From Rhodothermales bacterium (GTDB lineage: Bacteria; Bacteroidota; Rhodothermia; Rhodothermales; VXPQ01), in assembly GCA_965117025.1 (NCBI GenBank), contig OZ220746.1, positions 2,357,650 through 2,421,649 on the forward strand: a stretch of 64,000 nt of DNA, written 5' to 3'. Positions within the stretch are counted from its first letter, which is position 1; every line of letters begins with the position of its first letter. Positions 63,292 to 64,000 of this stretch are shown piece by piece. A program made the translations under genes and the position numbers. Under the pieces are notes generated by a model. It was given only the letters and a program-made list of their open reading frames with translations, made no database searches and had not been told where the DNA came from.

Positions 63292-64000
63292 ATGGAAGGA
63301 TCGAAAAAGGGTTTTTCACGCAGAAAATTTATCGGGGGCATGGCGGCGGCCTCGGCTCTCTCTGTAGTTCCTCGTCATGTACTGGGCGGTGCGGGCTTTG
63401 TAGCCCCCAGCGACAAGATCAACATTGCGCAGATCGGCGCCGGCACCCAGGCGCTTCGCCAGTTGAACGGTGGTACGATGCAGCGCGACGACGTCCGGAT
63501 TACGAGCGTCACCGATCCCAACCGCGATACGCAGGATTATGTGGATTGGGGCCGGTTCGGCACGCGGCGCAGTATCCGCCGGTTGCTGCAGGATGATTCC
63601 TGGGGCGAGGGCGATACGGGCACGCGCGGCGGCCGCGATTATGCCAAGCGCGTCATCGATACGTACTATGCCGAGTCGGGCGAGTCCGACGGGGTGCGCG
63701 CGTACGAGGATTACCGGGAGATGCTTGCGGCCGAAGACGACGCGGACGCCGTGGTCGTTATCGTGCCGGATCACCTTCATGCGCACATTTCCATTGCCGC
63801 CATGAAGGCGGGGAAAGCGGTCATCATGCACAAGCCGGTCGGGCTTTCGCCGCATGAAGTGCGCCGTGTTCTCGAGACGGAAAAGGAAACCGGCGCCGTG
63901 ACGCATCTGCTGGCCTACAGCGCGCCGGAGAACCACGGGCGCCTGAAAGGCTGGCTGGAAATCGGCGCCATAGGGCATGTCCGTGAAGTGCACAACTGGA
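63292..64000 (+). CDS. Gfo/Idh/MocA family oxidoreductase with twin-arginine signal, 3' end outside window
   Basis: Not in the supplied ORF track because there is no stop before the window end. ATG 63292 gives MEGSKKGFSRRKFIGGMAAASALSVVPRHVLGG (Tat motif), then INIAQIGAGTQALRQL (Rossmann), DAVVVIVPDHLHAHISIAAMKAGKAVIMHKP. The overlapping listed ORF 63066..63596 is in another frame and looks spurious. Confidence 0.75.
   Translation, partial: MEGSKKGFSRRKFIGGMAAASALSVVPRHVLGGAGFVAPSDKINIAQIGAGTQALRQLNGGTMQRDDVRITSVTDPNRDTQDYVDWGRFGTRRSIRRLLQDDSWGEGDTGTRGGRDYAKRVIDTYYAESGESDGVRAYEDYREMLAAEDDADAVVVIVPDHLHAHISIAAMKAGKAVIMHKPVGLSPHEVRRVLETEKETGAVTHLLAYSAPENHGRLKGWLEIGAIGHVREVHNW

Overview
GC-rich chromosomal segment that looks like Bacteroidota/Rhodothermota, based on a SusC/SusD pair and many T9SS type-A C-terminal sorting domains (CTDs). 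All calls rest on reading the sequence and recalled family motifs. No searches were run.

Gene order:
- Two tandem CRTAC1/ASPIC-UnbV FG-GAP genes (the first cut by the window edge), then SusC/SusD.
- Two divergent CBM9-like/DUF5916 paralogs, a MITE-like inverted-repeat element, a small OMP-like gene and a dienelactone hydrolase.
- Ferritin and feoA-feoA-feoB.
- A convergent two-gene cytochrome module: a monoheme cytochrome c fused to a putative beta-barrel, plus a 5-heme cytochrome.
- A thiamine operon thiO-thiS-thiG-[sulfatase]-thiE-thiD. The sulfatase sits between duplicated thiS-5' and thiG-3' segments.
- tRNA-Arg(ACG), then a roughly 9-kb block of T9SS cargo genes and gene wrecks, then a second identical tRNA-Arg(ACG). 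The block holds an SBBP beta-propeller tandem array, a chimeric CTD remnant, an AT-rich small OMP-like gene, a mosaic heparinase II/III-like gene and a truncated gene.
- DehI-type and type II haloacid dehalogenases, a lipoprotein, LysR and an MFS sugar porter.
- A small heptad-repeat membrane protein, a 0.7-kb noncoding gap, a low-GC lipoprotein and an IS3-family remnant.
- A SIS-ROK-amidohydrolase-lactonase-PD40 cluster, DUF547, ggt and infA.
- Two tandem choice-of-anchor-B/LVIVD-like T9SS proteins, a second sulfatase, a beta-lactamase-family hydrolase and a Tat-signal Gfo/Idh/MocA oxidoreductase running off the window.

Most interesting:
- the cytochrome-barrel module next to the iron genes;
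- CTD-mediated recombination scars in the tRNA-bracketed island;
- the duplication-flanked sulfatase inside the thi operon;
- a conserved noncoding element found upstream of two unrelated genes.

No CRISPR array, rRNA, integrase or recognisable defence genes were seen.
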